64,000 bases of DNA from Pomacea canaliculata. Lineage: Eukaryota. The DNA lies in assembly GCF_003073045.1 (NCBI RefSeq), contig NC_037595.1:8700345-8764344 (forward strand). Direction: 5' to 3'. Below the pieces are notes generated by a model. It searched no databases, was not told the origin of the DNA, and was given only the letters and a program-made list of their open reading frames with translations. Position 1 is the stretch's first letter. Each line of letters begins with the position of its first letter. Of the stretch, positions 61,063 to 64,000 are shown piece by piece. Both the position numbers and the translations under genes were made by a program.

Positions 61063-64000
61063 GCCAATCGATGCCAGACCACGGTCAACAGCCGCACTAG
61101 CAGGAGAGGAAAGCCAAATGCTTTTTCGTGTTTGTTTGTTTTCTTTAACAGGAGTAGGCGGGCTTAACCTTGGTTATCCACAGGTCAAGGGCGGTGACCT
61201 AACCCATCTGTCCACACGGGTTCTGACAGCGACTTCAGGACAGGTAAACCCAGGGCCAGGGTCAGTGCCATGCGTGGTCGTATGTTTACATTACCCTATA
61301 AACAAAATATTGGTTTTACAAGCCATTAAATCTTACAAAATGATAAAGCGCCAATGATGGATGGTGTAATTGGTGGCATTTTTTAAACATGCCGATGTTG
61401 CTTTTGTAATTGTATGTAAAGTATTTCAGCTCATTATTTGATAAAGGCACCTAACCACAACAATGAACTGTATCTATTATTCAGCTCATTTCAAAAAAGG
61501 GAGAATATTCAGACCCAAATATCTAGCGTGGGACATCTTTAATTGATGAATGATGTTAACAGAAAGTTGTACAATTATACTCTGAATAGTAGATTTAAAA
61601 GTGGGTGGAATTAAATGATACTGGGGGTCAGACTAATTTTCGAAAAGACCGTTCTACAAGTGAACCCATTTTTACATTTTTTTTTCTATCATTGACAAAC
61701 AATTTTCTTGGAATCGTAAATTTATATTATATTAAATATATGTAATATTGTTGTTTTTAGAAAATACAGACTCTTAGCATTGAATGAAAGGTGTATGGAA
61801 TGAAAAAGACATACACTCGAAAGAGATGTTGGGTATGGACACATTTACACCTAACATGATGGATACGGCGAGTTTGTACGATTTCGCTAACATCTGTAAG
61901 TTATGTGAGCCTCTGGCTACAAACAACAAGGTTGGAGCAATGGAGACTTGCATTGAGAGCATACAAAATGTTGAAACCACTGGGCAATAATTGCAAGCAA
62001 AACCATGAAACTTAAATTAGCCTTTTTTTTTCTCTTAAAGTTTGGGTTTGGACCAGTTTGGCTAAATCGAGGAGCGGAAACAGAAGTTTTATTAAACAAT
62101 TAATGTTTTAAGCAAGGGATTATTGATTGCCATTGAAAGGAACGGAATTATATCATCAATAACAGCGACAGATTTAGGTTTTATAAATCAGTTAGGTCTG
62201 AGCCACACAGAAGATGTATTTCAATTTAGATGTTCATGTATTAACTAGAAATGTACGACTACGGTTTGAAATCTTAGACAGTTTGTCACATTCCTTAAGA
62301 TATTCTGAGGATAAAATAAGTAAGAATGCCCTATGTGTCATATCATGACAAGGAAATATTACATTTTATATCATGCTGTCCGCGACTGACAGATCTTTGA
62401 GAAAGTTTTATTCCACGAAAGTATTGCACTAACACTGTACAAGACGACCTGTCGACCACCCTCCAAGGTGTCTTGAAGAACAGTCTTCGAGAAGGTGTCG
62501 TTCCGAGTCACACTGACAAACCAGACCAGATTATTCGCTTGACTGCTGCAAGAAGAGGTTCCTCGTGTCCTACGAGTGTGGCAACCCTGCTTCCTATATA
62601 GTAATTAATTTTATGTCCTCTGTACGAAATCAGCCCCATCAGACATTTGGAGAATTCAAAACTAGGGTGAAACAAACAGGTATGATTAGATGTTGAATGT
62701 ACCTTTACGTCTCATCGCAGTGACTATGATATATCAGTTAAGATTGCTATATTTAAATTTACAAACAAGGACAGCCACTAATCATGATATTTATGCTAAT
62801 GCTAGTCTTTTTGATAGCTGCGATAAAAATTTGACAAGGATCGTTGTCTTCACAAGAAATCAAGGTTCTTCAGGCTATTTTCACACTTCATTGTGTCCCT
62901 CCACCACCACTCCCAACAAAAGAGAAATACATAAAACTACCTTATTTATTTGTTCACTTAAACCAACAGCAGATTCTTTCTTCTCTACATTCAGCCAATC
63001 CAATAAATTATTATTTTTTTGTACTCGTGGCTATCTATTAAGCGTAAGTCACATGTTCTTCTTCTGAACTCTGATTAGACATACGCCTTCTACACAAACA
63101 CAATCAATAATTAATTAACAAATGTTCCGCAAAACTTCAAAAAACCCAGCTTACTTCTTTCGACCAAACTTTTCTTTTCTATCCCACGTGTAATCTCATT
63201 GGCAATTATTGAACCCACGTATCTTTGAAACAGATGTGTACACATAAAACTCGTGGAGACATGTTTATGGAACTAATAAAATCTATTATTAAACCTAAAA
63301 CCACAAATACAGACAACTAAACCAAACTTTAAAAAGTGAAACAGGAGAGAACTCCGATTTACAGTGCGGAACTGAGATTCAAAAAATTGGTAAAATGATA
63401 AATAATGTGTCACAGCTCGAGATTTTCTGTAACTTGAATCCTCTTGCTACCGCAGCCATGTATCAAAAGTAGCTGATGCAAGCTTCAACAGCAACTACAA
63501 AACAAGAAAACCAAAATCCTTAGAAACATCATCGCGGCTGGAAAACAAAACAGAAGGAGGAGTCCAGAGAAGGCGAGCGAAAAAGATTTGGGAGGGTAGC
63601 AGAGAGTAATGCGTTTTGTCTGTCTGTCGTCACCGGACATCCATCTACAGCGCCGCCTGGCGGTGTACAATGCCGACGTGGCAGTCGATGGGACAACTCT
63701 CATGCACTGCACTGGTTCTGTCATCAGAGCCTGGGACGGGAGGATGCAGCACGGTCATACTCGTATGATTGTATCGCTCTTGATTAGTACTACATCTGCT
63801 TATGGTGGCTGTGACCCCGGAGGTCAGCCTGGCTCTCGGCTGTCGTCGCTTTGTCTGGTGTGGCAAAGGCCAGCAAAGACTTCTTCCACGACCTCTTCAC
63901 AATCCGTCTTCACTGATACCAAGTTCTACTGTGTCTAGACACCGGCCACTCTCAAAGACTTTCATGGGAGAGCTCTCATTCTCCTCTACCTTGAGGAGAG

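Noticed and set aside
1-64000. Prokaryotic-style systems (CRISPR arrays, operons, defence islands, rRNA operons)
   Set aside because: The sequence has spliceosomal introns with GT-AG boundaries, polypyrimidine tracts, abundant microsatellites and SINE/LINE remnants. No direct-repeat/spacer architecture or dense ORF packing was seen.

Overview
This window is eukaryotic (animal-type) nuclear DNA, not prokaryotic. It has GT-AG introns, abundant microsatellites and minisatellites, SINE-like repeats and a non-LTR retrotransposon fragment. CRISPR arrays, operons and other prokaryotic systems do not apply and none were found.

The dominant structure is a tandem segmental duplication of about 12 kb (unit 1 is roughly 1-12000, unit 2 roughly 12005-24100), with about 10% divergence between units. 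Each unit carries one multi-exon gene on the minus strand encoding a glycosyltransferase family 92 (GT92/DUF23) type II membrane protein. Both copies have an N-terminal signal anchor, a Ser-rich stem and a conserved HDIDEF (DxD-like) exon.

Copy 1 (3240-9876, 8 coding exons, 528 aa) is intact. Copy 2 (15868-21327) carries several frame-disrupting 1-bp indels (exon 2, the exon 5 donor, and two in the last exon) and looks like a decaying paralog or pseudogene.

Two changes postdate the duplication. Unit 1 gained a degenerate CR1/L2-like non-LTR endonuclease fragment at about 1290-1915. Unit 2 gained a 1.8-kb insertion, a roughly 280-bp (CCAA/CAAA)n expansion in intron 3, and a (CACTCAC)n tract abutting the exon 4 acceptor.

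The remaining ~40 kb (24-64 kb) has no confidently recognisable coding gene. It contains three copies of a ~250-bp interspersed repeat, tRNA-derived SINE fragments, and recurring (CAAA)n/(TTTG)n tracts, plus a 33-bp minisatellite, several other short tandem repeats and (TGTGTA)n/(TG)n/(CA)n tracts. It also has two candidate promoter regions. One, at 44.4-46.2 kb, has divergent YY1-like AAGATGGCGG motifs, TGACGTCA palindromes, ATTTGCAT octamers and a downstream exon with a perfect GTAAGT donor. The other, at 58.9-59.4 kb, is GC-rich with GATTGGCT, CACGTG and a GCAAGCTTGC palindrome cluster.

Coordinates are accurate to about +/-2 nt. The phylogenetic origin is not determinable from sequence alone; an invertebrate metazoan, possibly lophotrochozoan, is a low-confidence guess.
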